The notes beneath the pieces were generated by a model that was not told where the DNA came from, searched no databases, and was given only the letters and a program-made list of their open reading frames with translations. This document shows positions 36,916 to 47,126 of a DNA stretch of 64,000 nucleotides, one piece after another. Source of the DNA: a virus (taxonomy: Duplodnaviria; Caudoviricetes); IMG/VR virus record IMGVR_UViG_2926488731_000001, positions 1,766 through 65,765 of that record. One strand, 5' to 3'. The translations under genes were made by a program, and so were the position numbers. Positions within the stretch are counted from its first letter, which is position 1. Each line of letters begins with the position of its first letter.

Positions 36916-37142
36916 AATTCATCCGCCCAGTCACACGAAATGCCTACAAGCAGCGAAAGCACGAGAAGCGCAAGAATAGCCCCTGTTACGCTTCCGATAA
37001 ATCCAATTCCGACCAAAATAAAAGGCAATAGTGTTAGCACAAGTAAGCATAACCAAGCACACACGAAAATTATTCCCAATAACCACGCTTGAAAGAACTT
37101 TAGTATTTTAATAGCTTTCCCCTCCATCACGAACTGCACCAC
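36897..37142 (-). CDS. Small membrane protein
   Basis: Two TM segments; start uncertain. Confidence 0.5.
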   Translation of the reverse strand: MVQFVMEGKAIKILKFFQAWLLGIIFVCAWLCLLVLTLLPFILVGIGFIGSVTGAILALLVLSLLVGISCDWADELWSKFS

Positions 37143-39409
37143 TCACATTCATCTACTTCGTTCGCAGTTGACCGTAGGTAATACGTAGTTTTTAACCCTG
37201 CACGCCAAGCTGTTAGGTGCAGGTCGAGCAGTACTTTCGCGGGAATTGTATTCGGTACGTAAAGATTAAATGAAATCGCTTGATCAACGTGTTTTTGTCG
37301 CGCTGCATTTTGTTTAATAGACCAAAACTGATCGAGCATGTACGCTGACTTCCGATAGACTGCATACGTTTTATGTGTTAGATCGGGCGCAGTAACAGGA
37401 ATACGGTAGTCTTTCTTTTCTTCGGTGTACTCAACTGCAAATATCGGGTCAATGCTTGCGCTGCTGCCGGCAATTATCGAGGTTGAAGCGTTCGGCGCTA
37501 CGGCCATGAGATAGCCGTTTCTAATGCCGTGCTTTCTAATTCTCGCACTCAGTTCCGTCCAAGCCGGAGCCATTGGACTTTCAAAATAACCCCTCTTCTC
37601 GAAATACTCGCCGGTCTGCCATTCGCTACCTATAAACATAGGATATGCGCCCTTTTCCTCCGCCAAGTCAGCCGAAGCTTTAATCGTATAATAAGCTATC
37701 TCTTCGTATATCTCATCTGCAAGTTCAACCGCACGTTCTGACTCCCATGATATGTCGTATTTCGCTAGTAAATGATGCCAGCCGAATGTTCCTAACCCAA
37801 CTGCTCGATACTTTTGGTTCGTGATTTGCGCTTGCTTTACATCGATTGTATTTAGGTCGATTACGTTATCCAACATTCGAATTTGAATCCGGATTAGTCG
37901 ACCGAGTGCATTACCGCAAATGGCTCGAGCTAAGCTAATTGACGATAAATTACATACAACGAAGTCGCCTGCTTGCTTTCGTATGACGATTTGGTCGCCC
38001 TCGATTGTCTCGCTAAACTGTTCGGTCGGTGACATATTTTGGCTTATTTCCGTGCATAGATTCGAGCAGTAGATCATGCCCGCATGCTTATTCGGATTCT
38101 TCCGATTCACTTCGTCCCTGTAAAACATGAACGGACCGCCTGTTTCGAGTTGTGACCGCAGCAAACGTTTCATAACGTCAATTGCTGCAACTTTCGTTTT
38201 CTTTAAGGCATTGTTACGGACGCATTCGTCATAGCGCTCTCGGAATGTACCGGCGCCCTTTTCTTCGTCGTAAAAGTCCTCCAGAGAATAGCCCATTACC
38301 CGTCGCACTTCGTGAGGGTCGAATAGGTACCAATCGCCGCGCTTTTCGACTTGTTCCATAAACAAATCAGGCAAACAAACGCCGGTGAAAATATCGTGTG
38401 CACGTAATCGATCGTCACCGTTATTTAACTTAACGTCTAGGAACGACATGATATCTGCGTGCCAAACGTCGAGGTAAACAGCAATAGCTCCTTTACGTGT
38501 GCCCAGTTGGTCAACGCTAACCGCCGTATTATTAAGCTGTTTTATCCACGGAATAACGCCGGAAGATGCGCCCACAAAGCCTTTTATTGCCGAACCTTTT
38601 GCACGTACTTTGCCGAGATAAACGCCGATGCCACCGCCGTCTTTCGAAAGCCTTGCCACATCGGTATTGCTGTTATAGATGCCAATAAGAGAGTCTTCGA
38701 CTGTATCGATAAAGCAAGACGATAATTGCCCATGTGCTTTCCCTGCGTTGGCCAATGTCGGCGTTGCGACGGTCATGTATAAGTTCGATAACGCCCAGTA
38801 CACTTCAGCTACGTATTGTGTACGTTTAGCCGACACTTCGTCTTGCATAAGGTACATAGCGATTATTAACCAGCGTTCTTGCGGAAGTTCGTATAATTGC
38901 CCTTCATGGTCGGTCGCTAGGTACCGATCGGCTAACGTTTTGAGTCCGATATACGTAAATAGATAGTCGCGTTCTGGGTCGATTATTGCAGACAGCATTT
39001 CGATTTCTTCTCGGCTGTATTTTTCGAGTATAGCCGCCGAATAAATGCCTTTACCAGCTAGCGTTTTTAAAAGACCGTAAAAATCACCGTATCGCTTTTC
39101 CGAGTCATAACTACGGTTACGCGCGGCTTGCTTGTATAAAGAACGAAGCAGAATACGAGCAGCTACGAAAGTCCAATCGGGAGACTCCATTCTGACGTTT
39201 TCCAGCGCTAGTAACGTCAGCAAGCGTGTTATTTCGGTTGCTTTGTACTGCTCATGCGCTTCGATGGAGCGAATTACCTTCGCTTTATATTCGTCCGCTT
39301 CAAGGTTCGGATAGTCAACGAAGCACGCATCGATAAAGCTATCTAGTCGCACACGGTCGAACGGTAGCTTTCGAAGGCCGTCGTCTTTCGTGATTATTGT
39401 TTCCGACAC
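37127..39409 (-). CDS. nrdA: Ribonucleotide reductase class I alpha subunit with ATP cone
   Basis: TPTLANAG, LSSCF, SNLCTEI, VCNLSS, APNASTS, KTTYY, C-terminal CEWC. Confidence 0.96.
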   Translation of the reverse strand: MSETIITKDDGLRKLPFDRVRLDSFIDACFVDYPNLEADEYKAKVIRSIEAHEQYKATEITRLLTLLALENVRMESPDWTFVAARILLRSLYKQAARNRSYDSEKRYGDFYGLLKTLAGKGIYSAAILEKYSREEIEMLSAIIDPERDYLFTYIGLKTLADRYLATDHEGQLYELPQERWLIIAMYLMQDEVSAKRTQYVAEVYWALSNLYMTVATPTLANAGKAHGQLSSCFIDTVEDSLIGIYNSNTDVARLSKDGGGIGVYLGKVRAKGSAIKGFVGASSGVIPWIKQLNNTAVSVDQLGTRKGAIAVYLDVWHADIMSFLDVKLNNGDDRLRAHDIFTGVCLPDLFMEQVEKRGDWYLFDPHEVRRVMGYSLEDFYDEEKGAGTFRERYDECVRNNALKKTKVAAIDVMKRLLRSQLETGGPFMFYRDEVNRKNPNKHAGMIYCSNLCTEISQNMSPTEQFSETIEGDQIVIRKQAGDFVVCNLSSISLARAICGNALGRLIRIQIRMLDNVIDLNTIDVKQAQITNQKYRAVGLGTFGWHHLLAKYDISWESERAVELADEIYEEIAYYTIKASADLAEEKGAYPMFIGSEWQTGEYFEKRGYFESPMAPAWTELSARIRKHGIRNGYLMAVAPNASTSIIAGSSASIDPIFAVEYTEEKKDYRIPVTAPDLTHKTYAVYRKSAYMLDQFWSIKQNAARQKHVDQAISFNLYVPNTIPAKVLLDLHLTAWRAGLKTTYYLRSTANEVDECEWCSS

Positions 39410-39594
39410 TCTAACGCCTCCTTTTCGTTTATTAACTTCCTAAGTTCGCTTATTCCTTCCGAAATACTGGCCAACTCATCCTCAAGTTCGGATTTTCTAT
39501 TTTCGATATTATCGTATTCTCGTAGCGCTTGGTTACGATCATATTCGAGATCAATTAGAAGTCTTTTATAAGTTTCGATTAATGAGGTCCGCAC
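39394..39594 (-). CDS. Coiled-coil hypothetical protein
   Basis: ORF track; operon packing. Confidence 0.55.
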   Translation of the reverse strand: MRTSLIETYKRLLIDLEYDRNQALREYDNIENRKSELEDELASISEGISELRKLINEKEALECRKQ

Positions 39595-39800
39595 TTTTTC
39601 ATCTCCCTCATGAGTATCGGAACTGATTTTACGAGATTATTTGCGGCGGCCAATATACCGTTAACTATAGCGATTACCATATAGTTGATGTCTGCGCTGA
39701 ATATCGCATTAATAACTAACGTCAATCCTAATGCGACTAATATCATTATTAAAACGTCATATATTAGTTGTGCTATAAAAGCCAAAATTAGATTTCTCAA
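39579..39800 (-). CDS. Small membrane protein
   Basis: Hydrophobic; RBS GGGAGG. Confidence 0.6.
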   Translation of the reverse strand: MRNLILAFIAQLIYDVLIMILVALGLTLVINAIFSADINYMVIAIVNGILAAANNLVKSVPILMREMKKCGPH

Positions 39801-39961
39801 TTAATTACCTCCCACCCCAAGCACGAGGAGAGTCGCCACAATAGCGGCTAAAATCGATATCGCCGCCCTCTCGTATGTTATATCTAGTAATTCAGACGTA
39901 CCTATTATGGCGAAGAGCATAAACAATAAAACCATTAGGGACTTTGTTATAAGCAACACCC

Positions 39962-40639
39962 CTACCCCTCCGCCCTCAATACGTCAATTTTTCTGTCTAA
40001 CTCGGCGCGTTCTTGAAGCAATCGAAGCAATTTTTCTCGTTTCTCTATTCGATCGATGGTATCTCTTATTATTGGTAGACCTGCCATATTTCCTGATATT
40101 GTCATATGGAACTCACCACCGGTATTACATACAAAAGATTCCATAAAAAGTTCGGGTAAATTATTCTTATCAAAGAAACTTAAAATACCGGCTTGTATTT
40201 CTTTAAACGCTTTTCGTTCGTAGTCAATCCCTATGTTCACATAAAAATAGCCGCCAATATCGCTCGTGATAAACAAATCGCCATGTCCATCCTTTTCGAT
40301 GACGTAAAGGCTCCCCATTGTAAAGTGGTGATCACTCTTAACTGCTTCTAGAACATCGCCCTCCTCTAGCTTTTTCAACTTTTCGATTATTTCCTGTTTA
40401 CTCGTTGAAATGTCGTATTCGATGTAGCCGTCTCGTATTGAGAGTTCGACGCATTCATCCATACCTCCGCGATAAACATGTCGACAGTCATATCCTGCTT
40501 CGTCTTTGTGGCACACAAAACCGTACACGTTTTTAAGTTCGTACCACTTGCCGACCTCCGTATCGCTGTCAAAATGTTCGTTATTCGTAAGTCTAAAACG
40601 TTTGGCCTTCCGAATCTGCTCAACTGTATACATTACCAT
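39962..40639 (-). CDS. Hypothetical protein (SH3-like modules)
   Basis: EGDVLEAV...FTMGSLYVI; operon packing. Confidence 0.65.
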   Translation of the reverse strand: MVMYTVEQIRKAKRFRLTNNEHFDSDTEVGKWYELKNVYGFVCHKDEAGYDCRHVYRGGMDECVELSIRDGYIEYDISTSKQEIIEKLKKLEEGDVLEAVKSDHHFTMGSLYVIEKDGHGDLFITSDIGGYFYVNIGIDYERKAFKEIQAGILSFFDKNNLPELFMESFVCNTGGEFHMTISGNMAGLPIIRDTIDRIEKREKLLRLLQERAELDRKIDVLRAEG

Positions 40640-41145
40640 TACGCAAGCACTCCTTTTTTAATTAAATAGGCGAGGCCGACCGCAACCGCGTCAGATTCGT
40701 CATCGCTTTTAAACGTAAAGTCGTCCGGCAGTCCGAGCCTTTTTCTAACGCCAGCTTCGACTTCGGCCTTATCGGCGTTTCCACTACCACTCGCTGCCTT
40801 TTTGACTTCAGACGGCGTTAGTTCCGCGACCACTTCGTAACCGTACTTGTTTAACGCTGCGTCTATCGCTGCCCACGCGCCGAATACCGTCTGCGTTGAG
40901 CGCTTATTTCGTCCTTTTGTGAAATGTTCGCGCAAAACAACGTCGAAAGGTCCGTGTTCGTGAATAACTTTTACCGCGAAAGCCTCGATGTAGGCGTAAC
41001 GTTGGGCGTCTGTATGTGCGGTCGATGTCTTTATGCTGTCGACGTGTTTTAGCTCGACTTTAATGCCGGACTTTAACTTTTTAACTTCGAGAACAGCGAC
41101 GCCGGGATTTGTGCTGATATCGAACGCTAATATTCGTTTATTCAT
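40639..41145 (-). CDS. ruvC: Holliday junction resolvase, RuvC family
   Basis: ILAFDIS, VLRE, PSEVKK..SGSGNADKAEV, DDESDAVAV; ATG 41145. Confidence 0.88.
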   Translation of the reverse strand: MNKRILAFDISTNPGVAVLEVKKLKSGIKVELKHVDSIKTSTAHTDAQRYAYIEAFAVKVIHEHGPFDVVLREHFTKGRNKRSTQTVFGAWAAIDAALNKYGYEVVAELTPSEVKKAASGSGNADKAEVEAGVRKRLGLPDDFTFKSDDESDAVAVGLAYLIKKGVLA

Positions 41146-41521
41146 CTTCGTTAAACTCCGCAGCGATTCTATTGTATAGCCCTTGCAAATACTTAATAAG
41201 AAGTTCGGCATCGGGATATGATTTTTCTAACCGTTCTAGCGCTAAGTCCCTCTGTTTTTTAGACATATTGGCAGGGACGGGAAACAGATCGTCTATATCT
41301 CCTATATTTTCGTATAAAAAGCGACGTATCGCTGACACCAAAACGAGTATATCTTCGTTATTAAGCGCTATACTTTGCTCCAATTTCGCTAGATAGTCGT
41401 GAGCTTTTTCGACCTCTTCGTTGGACATACCGATAACCTCTTTAGGGTCACTTGGCATAGCGCCGAGTGCGTCCCACATCGAATTAACCCACTTAGAAAA
41501 TACCTCTTTATCGTTTGACAC
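41138..41521 (-). CDS. Hypothetical protein
   Basis: RBS GGAGGTG. Confidence 0.65.
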   Translation of the reverse strand: MSNDKEVFSKWVNSMWDALGAMPSDPKEVIGMSNEEVEKAHDYLAKLEQSIALNNEDILVLVSAIRRFLYENIGDIDDLFPVPANMSKKQRDLALERLEKSYPDAELLIKYLQGLYNRIAAEFNEDE

Positions 41522-41675
41522 TAAATCACCTCCGTAACTTTAACGTATTTTCCATCGAATCTTTCATAACCAACGCCGAAAGCCTCCTTGTATGTTTTCG
41601 GCTTTTTACCGTTGTACTGCGGAACAAATTTTGCTCCATTCTTTCGTGCTTCTTGTCTTCGTTCTCTGCGTGATT

Positions 41676-42686
41676 TCATACGGGCACCCCTTCCTCTTTC
41701 TTTCGAACACTTTCAATAAATTGAAACGCTTCGACGTACTCCTCTTTTTTCTTAAGGGAAAGCCCTGAGCGAAGAACACGCTGGACTTGCGTTTTTAGTG
41801 CCGCCACTTCTTCGTCTGATAAATCGAGTGCGCACGCCGTTTTGTAATTGTTAAACGTCCATTTTGACAAATCGAGAGGCATCGGTTCAGACGTTCGTAT
41901 TGACTTACTAATTTCAGCGAGTTCATCGAACAGCACAGTACGTTGAGCGTCCGTGATATGCAAGCAGAAGGCGCGAATGTCGGGCGTTTTGGCGTATTGC
42001 TCTTCCGTCAAAGACCAACCTTGCTTTGCGGCGTTTACGTATAAAATTACGTAATAGTCGCAGCCGAACATATGCGAATAAGCTATCGTTTGCTTTACGT
42101 GTGATTCGTCAGGATTTCGCATTGAATGCAAGGACGTTCGGGCAGGCGTTGTTTGCTTCGATTTGATTTCGAGTCCGACGCGAATTGCCTCGCCTTCGTC
42201 CGTTACGTACTCCATAATGCCATCGGGCGCGCCGTACAGATAAAACGATTCGCCTGCATGTTCGACTAGCGTATTTGTCTTCGCAAAGTCCTCGAACATC
42301 GGCTGGCCTGCGACGTTACGCTCGAACTTGAACCGAGACTTGTTGCCCGTCTTAGCTTCGAAATGCTTTTCGATAAAGAGCAAGTCGCGCTGTATTATAT
42401 CGCCGATATTCGTTCCGATACGTTGCCAGCGCGCCTGATGCGGCTGACGTCGAAAGTTATCCTTCTTAGCGCCCTTCGCCTTTACGTAAAGCTCGCGAGG
42501 ACACGAATTAGTCGAAGATGGTGAAAAATACGGTTTTTTGGGAAATACTTTCGGCGGATTCGAGTACCACCGATGTATTTGCGCATCCAGTCCGTTGTCC
42601 CACACTTCAGGCAACGAATGCCATTCGTCCAATAACGCTAAAAAGTCGCCTTCTATTTGTGTGACTAGTTCGTTTGTGTTCGTCAA
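41676..42686 (-). CDS. PD-(D/E)XK exonuclease-like protein
   Basis: SPSS..CPRELY, GAPDG, LEIKSK, Q..AY. Confidence 0.8.
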   Translation of the reverse strand: MTNTNELVTQIEGDFLALLDEWHSLPEVWDNGLDAQIHRWYSNPPKVFPKKPYFSPSSTNSCPRELYVKAKGAKKDNFRRQPHQARWQRIGTNIGDIIQRDLLFIEKHFEAKTGNKSRFKFERNVAGQPMFEDFAKTNTLVEHAGESFYLYGAPDGIMEYVTDEGEAIRVGLEIKSKQTTPARTSLHSMRNPDESHVKQTIAYSHMFGCDYYVILYVNAAKQGWSLTEEQYAKTPDIRAFCLHITDAQRTVLFDELAEISKSIRTSEPMPLDLSKWTFNNYKTACALDLSDEEVAALKTQVQRVLRSGLSLKKKEEYVEAFQFIESVRKKEEGVPV

Positions 42687-42793
42687 ATTATCGATCTCCT
42701 TTTCGTTTTATATCAACGCTAATTTTTAGAGCACCCGTCGCTAGACCCACCGTAAACAATCCGATAAATATAACGCTAGTAATTCCGATAATT

Positions 42794-43240
42794 TCAAACA
42801 TTTTGCCACCCGCCCCTTAATTTTTCGATGTACTCACTAACTTTTTTATATTCTTCGGCAGTTAGCGCGATTTTGTATGGCGAATAATCTTCGATAACTC
42901 TTTTTACATTTTCATAAACCTCTGAGATGTGCTTAGATAACTCTTCCTGATAGTCCTCTTCTTCGATATAATCTTCAAAAACATACGTATCGTAGTCCGC
43001 GTTTAAATCGAAAACAACTTCGGCAACATCCGTAATACTATTAATATTTTTAACTATTAAATCGCCTTCAACCTCTGAATGCTTTCCGTCTAATTCACAA
43101 AAGGTCTTAAATCCGAAAACATTTGTAAGTTCTTCTTTATATTTTTCGTAATAGTCTCTACGTACGAAAACACCCTCGCAAGCATGTGCACCGCTATAGT
43201 AGCCGTGAGCTTCTGCGCCTACAAATACTAAGTCAAACAT
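42794..43240 (-). CDS. Hypothetical protein
   Basis: ELDGKHSEV motif; RBS. Confidence 0.65.
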   Translation of the reverse strand: MFDLVFVGAEAHGYYSGAHACEGVFVRRDYYEKYKEELTNVFGFKTFCELDGKHSEVEGDLIVKNINSITDVAEVVFDLNADYDTYVFEDYIEEEDYQEELSKHISEVYENVKRVIEDYSPYKIALTAEEYKKVSEYIEKLRGGWQNV

Positions 43241-43471
43241 TTAATCGACCTCCTTCAACGATTTTAAGTCGGAAATAAACTGTTTTATTGCGTCATATTC
43301 CGCATAAATACCACCATGTTCGTCGCCTAGTGCGTATGCATCGTCGTAATTGGCACCACAAGCGTCGATGACGTCGAAATCATCGCCATACCTTTCGTTT
43401 ATTTCATCGATGCTTCCTTGTAAAAGAACAAGCCTTTCTTCGTAATGCCTAATTAGATCATCGATTTTCAT
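43241..43471 (-). CDS. Hypothetical acidic protein
   Basis: GANYDDAY..G motif. Confidence 0.6.
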   Translation of the reverse strand: MKIDDLIRHYEERLVLLQGSIDEINERYGDDFDVIDACGANYDDAYALGDEHGGIYAEYDAIKQFISDLKSLKEVD

Positions 43472-43770
43472 TCCTCGCCATCCCCTTTCGATTTGACCAC
43501 TGCCCACTCCTTAACAACTACCTCGCGCTGTTCTACTTCATAGACTGCGGCATCGTTCCAATCTTCGTACTCCCAATCAGTAAACGGTGAGCCACTTCGA
43601 GTTACATACGAGAGGTAATGTTTTTTGCCGTCCGTAAATATTAAATGTGCTGTCTGGTATTTGACGCCCTGCTCGAAATCTCCTTCCTCGACGGTCTTAT
43701 ATTTAGCGCCGTTTACTTCGATTTCACCTTCGAAAAATAATTCATTAATTTGTTCCTGCGTTATTTTCAT
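43468..43770 (-). CDS. Hypothetical protein
   Basis: RSGSPFTDW...EVEQREVVVKEW. Confidence 0.65.
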   Translation of the reverse strand: MKITQEQINELFFEGEIEVNGAKYKTVEEGDFEQGVKYQTAHLIFTDGKKHYLSYVTRSGSPFTDWEYEDWNDAAVYEVEQREVVVKEWAVVKSKGDGEE

Positions 43771-45881
43771 ATTTGAAACCACTCCCCTATATTTTTTCCT
43801 TCGCCCCATCTACGGCTAATTTCGATATCAGTTTTGTTAGGAACGGATAGTTTAACGGTGTGCAACATAATGTTTTCGAAATCTCGCACATCTGATATCG
43901 TCAGGCTTTCCGGTGCATACACCGCCACTTCGTCGTGTACCGAGAAAGCCATCGTCCATCCTTTAGCGCGGCATAGCTTCTGTAAGGAAAGCATAGTTAA
44001 CTTAGTTTGTATGGCCGCCGAGCCTTGGATAATTGCATTCGTTGCTTGGCGCATAGCACGAAATTGCTCGTACCGATCTCGCGACTTTGCTTCAGGTAAT
44101 CTACGTTTTCTTCCCATGAACATCTTTACGTATCCTTTGCGTTTGGCAAATAATTCATTGCTATCTATCCACGCCTTTACTTTCGGATATTTGGCGTAAA
44201 ACTGTTCGATAAACTCTCGGGCTTCTTTTTCAGTAATGTCAAGCTGTGCGGCTAATGTTTTCGGTCCGGTGCCGTACATAACCGCGAGAATGCCCGTTTT
44301 CATCATCTTTCTATACACAGAACCGTCGCCGCATTCTTCGATAGGTTTTCCGAATAGTTCTGCGGCTGCGGTTGAATATAGATCGCGACCCTCTCGATAA
44401 GCATTAACGAGGACTTCTTCGCCTGTGTAATGAGCGAGCCAACGTGGCTCTTGCTGGCTAAAGTCCCCCGAAAGAATTACTTGACCCGGCGGTGCCACGA
44501 ATAATTGGCGTGCAAAATACGGCTGGTTTTGTAGATTAGGAGAATTGGCAGAAAAACGTCCTGTTACGGTTCCCATCTGATTAAAATTACCGTGTATTCT
44601 GCCGTCATCCCGCACCTGTTTCGGAAGGGCATCGATATATGTGCCGAGAAGTTTTGTTTTTTCCCGATATTGTAAAAGTATTCGAATGCCCTCATGATGT
44701 GGAGCTAGTATTTCGAGCGTCTTAACATCCGTTGATTTTTTCGTACCTTTTGGCAGATGGCGTCCTAAACGTAAATCTTCATAAAACTTCCTACTTAGTT
44801 GTGTCGGACTATTGAAATTGATATCTCCGAAATGTTTCCGTAATTCTTGCTCAACTTCCGCCAACTCGTTTGAAAGTTGCTTTGACAAAGCTTTTGCCCT
44901 TTCGATATCCAACACAAAGCCCGCCTGCTCCATTTCGATAGAAACTCCGATTGTTGGGTTTTCAACCTGTTCGTAATACTTTAATAAATCGATTTTATCG
45001 AGATGGCGTCGCTGAAAATTACGTAGTTTTAACGTTACGTCTCCGTCCTTGGCCGCATAAGCAAGCGCTATGTCTAATTCGATTTCATGAAAGCCCTTTT
45101 TTCCGAATAGTTGGCCGTATGTTTTCGAAGGGATTCCGAGGTACTTCGATACTAACTCTTTAAGCTGGTACGAACCGCCGTTAAAACGCTCATTTTCGTT
45201 TAATACATGCATGGCGACTTGTGTATCCCATGTTAACCCTCGAAGTATTATGCCTTCATTTCGTAGCATGTGTATATCAAACTTCGCATTATGCGCGATT
45301 TTACCGATGGAACTATCTTCGTAAATCGGTTTTAATCGTTCGTTTACTAAATCGTTTGACAATTGTTTATTATTCGTTTTGTGTTTCGTAGGGATATACG
45401 CGTGAATGTCTGCCTTAACTGAGGTGATAACGTGCCCTACGATGTAGTCGCTGTATATGTCAGTCCCCGTTGTTTCTACGTCAAATACGATTTCTTTTTC
45501 GGTCTCCAAGATCGATAAGAATTTTGCCAATTTCGTCTCGTCAGTGATCAGCCAGTAATTGTCAGGCGTTTCCTCGACCATTTGACGAAGTACTTCGGCC
45601 TGCCTTTTTTCTTCTAGTTGCCGCCAAATTCGTAAAGCCTCGGCCTTGCTAAATCGTTTGTCCACTGAAGCAGGTTCACGCCCGATTTGTCCGTCAGCCA
45701 TCGCCTGCCTAACTTCAACTAGCTTTCGATGGTCCGGGGCGGTATTCTTCATTTCGAATATCCGCGCCCATGCTTCTTCCAACGTTTCAGTAGCCGCCTT
45801 CTTTCGTTTAATTGCCGCCTGTATTCGTTCAGTAGGTTCCGTAGGCTGTCGAATGTTAAGTGTAAGCTTCGGTGTGATTAT
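43767..45881 (-). CDS. polA: Family A DNA polymerase with 3'-5' exonuclease domain
   Basis: FDVETTG, HNAKFD, YAAKDG, TGRFSANSPNLQN, DFSQQEPR, K..ILAVMYG, VHDE; frame open upstream of 45782 to a probable ATA/ATC start at 45881/45878. Confidence 0.95.
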   Translation of the reverse strand: MITPKLTLNIRQPTEPTERIQAAIKRKKAATETLEEAWARIFEMKNTAPDHRKLVEVRQAMADGQIGREPASVDKRFSKAEALRIWRQLEEKRQAEVLRQMVEETPDNYWLITDETKLAKFLSILETEKEIVFDVETTGTDIYSDYIVGHVITSVKADIHAYIPTKHKTNNKQLSNDLVNERLKPIYEDSSIGKIAHNAKFDIHMLRNEGIILRGLTWDTQVAMHVLNENERFNGGSYQLKELVSKYLGIPSKTYGQLFGKKGFHEIELDIALAYAAKDGDVTLKLRNFQRRHLDKIDLLKYYEQVENPTIGVSIEMEQAGFVLDIERAKALSKQLSNELAEVEQELRKHFGDINFNSPTQLSRKFYEDLRLGRHLPKGTKKSTDVKTLEILAPHHEGIRILLQYREKTKLLGTYIDALPKQVRDDGRIHGNFNQMGTVTGRFSANSPNLQNQPYFARQLFVAPPGQVILSGDFSQQEPRWLAHYTGEEVLVNAYREGRDLYSTAAAELFGKPIEECGDGSVYRKMMKTGILAVMYGTGPKTLAAQLDITEKEAREFIEQFYAKYPKVKAWIDSNELFAKRKGYVKMFMGRKRRLPEAKSRDRYEQFRAMRQATNAIIQGSAAIQTKLTMLSLQKLCRAKGWTMAFSVHDEVAVYAPESLTISDVRDFENIMLHTVKLSVPNKTDIEISRRWGEGKNIGEWFQI

Positions 45882-46915
45882 TCGTCGCTCCCTTCTTTGT
45901 CGATGTCCACGCGCTGTTCTACGGGAGCAACGAGTTCCACACGTTTTCTACGAATAACGTAGACATTGCCTCTATAGTCGCGCACATAATCGTTTCCTAT
46001 AGCTTTGACCTCGAAAATCGTCCCGACTGGAAGAGCATTGGGCGACTCAATTACACGTACAATATCGCCCTTTTTATATTCGTTCGGTCGTCTCGAAACA
46101 GCTGCCCATCGTTTTGCTTCTTCGACTTCTTCGGCCGAAACTGGTAGTAAATTTTCTTCGTTAGTGTATCCGTATAAAGGTCCGGCCAGTAGTTTTACTT
46201 TGAAGTCTGAAGCTCCCACTTCGTTGTATCTAAGCTCGACGATATCTTCGGCTCTAAAACCTGCCACGTTCCCGACCGTATTTTTAAGTTTTGCGTAATC
46301 GCCCACTTGAAGCCGCTTGGTTTCGTCACTAACCTTTTGGAGTTGCGACGGCTTTGCGTAGCCATGCGGGACATCCCCGCCCACCAGCTCGATTAATCCG
46401 TCATTCGGCGCCGCGTCTGGCCAACAATTATTATTCGTATATACCTCTCCATTGCGATATCCGCAAAGTGGTGCATCCCCACCGCCTGACAAAAGGCGTA
46501 CCCTATCCCCGATTTTAAATTGAGCGAATACTTCGTTTTCCGTCGCTTTTGTCACGATATTATCAGAGTACCAACCTGCGTATGTTCCGTCTAAATGTTC
46601 GACCTTATATGGAAAAATTGAACGGTCGACTGCAACGACTTTCAATATGTCGCCTTTTTCGGAGTAACTATTTCCGTTGAGCACTTTCACAAAATCCCCG
46701 ACTTTCAATTCAACTTCTTCGAATATCTCAAAGTCAGTACCGCCTGTATCGTAGTAATCACCGAGGTCATCCATAACAAAGGCATCGCCGTATTCGTCAA
46801 TATCAACCACTTTGTAATGTTTCCCAGGAGTCAACCGTGTGAGCAGAGCCTTTTCGTACAGGATATAGTCACCAATTCGGGGTTCTCTTTCGACCTTAAC
46901 GTAATTTTTCGCCAT
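45878..46915 (-). CDS. Protein of tandem KOW/SH3-like modules
   Basis: Repeated (F/L)KVGD.V units. Confidence 0.75.
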   Translation of the reverse strand: MAKNYVKVEREPRIGDYILYEKALLTRLTPGKHYKVVDIDEYGDAFVMDDLGDYYDTGGTDFEIFEEVELKVGDFVKVLNGNSYSEKGDILKVVAVDRSIFPYKVEHLDGTYAGWYSDNIVTKATENEVFAQFKIGDRVRLLSGGGDAPLCGYRNGEVYTNNNCWPDAAPNDGLIELVGGDVPHGYAKPSQLQKVSDETKRLQVGDYAKLKNTVGNVAGFRAEDIVELRYNEVGASDFKVKLLAGPLYGYTNEENLLPVSAEEVEEAKRWAAVSRRPNEYKKGDIVRVIESPNALPVGTIFEVKAIGNDYVRDYRGNVYVIRRKRVELVAPVEQRVDIDKEGSDE

Positions 46916-46934
46916 ATTAACGTCCTCCTTCGGA

Positions 46935-47126
46935 TTATAAAAATTCCTTACTGACGTTCATTTTTCGATAAAACTGGACTATCTTTTCGTGATTGTCCGC
47001 GCACCAGTCGCGAAAGCAGCCGCCGGAACAAAAATGCTGCTCTTCGTAGTCGTCGTAATAAGCCGTCGTGCTTTCGCGTATTGGCGCGTCACAACTTGCA
47101 CAAAAGTCGATGATGGGCGAAATCAT
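46935..47126 (-). CDS. Small Zn-finger protein
   Basis: CASC...FCSGGC. Confidence 0.65.
   Translation of the reverse strand: MISPIIDFCASCDAPIRESTTAYYDDYEEQHFCSGGCFRDWCADNHEKIVQFYRKMNVSKEFL

Noticed and set aside
41676-42686. Cas4
   Set aside because: Lacks the four-Cys Fe-S pattern and there is no CRISPR context; a generic phage exonuclease
34970-45881. Introns or inteins in RNR or DNA polymerase
   Set aside because: The ORFs are continuous and of normal length
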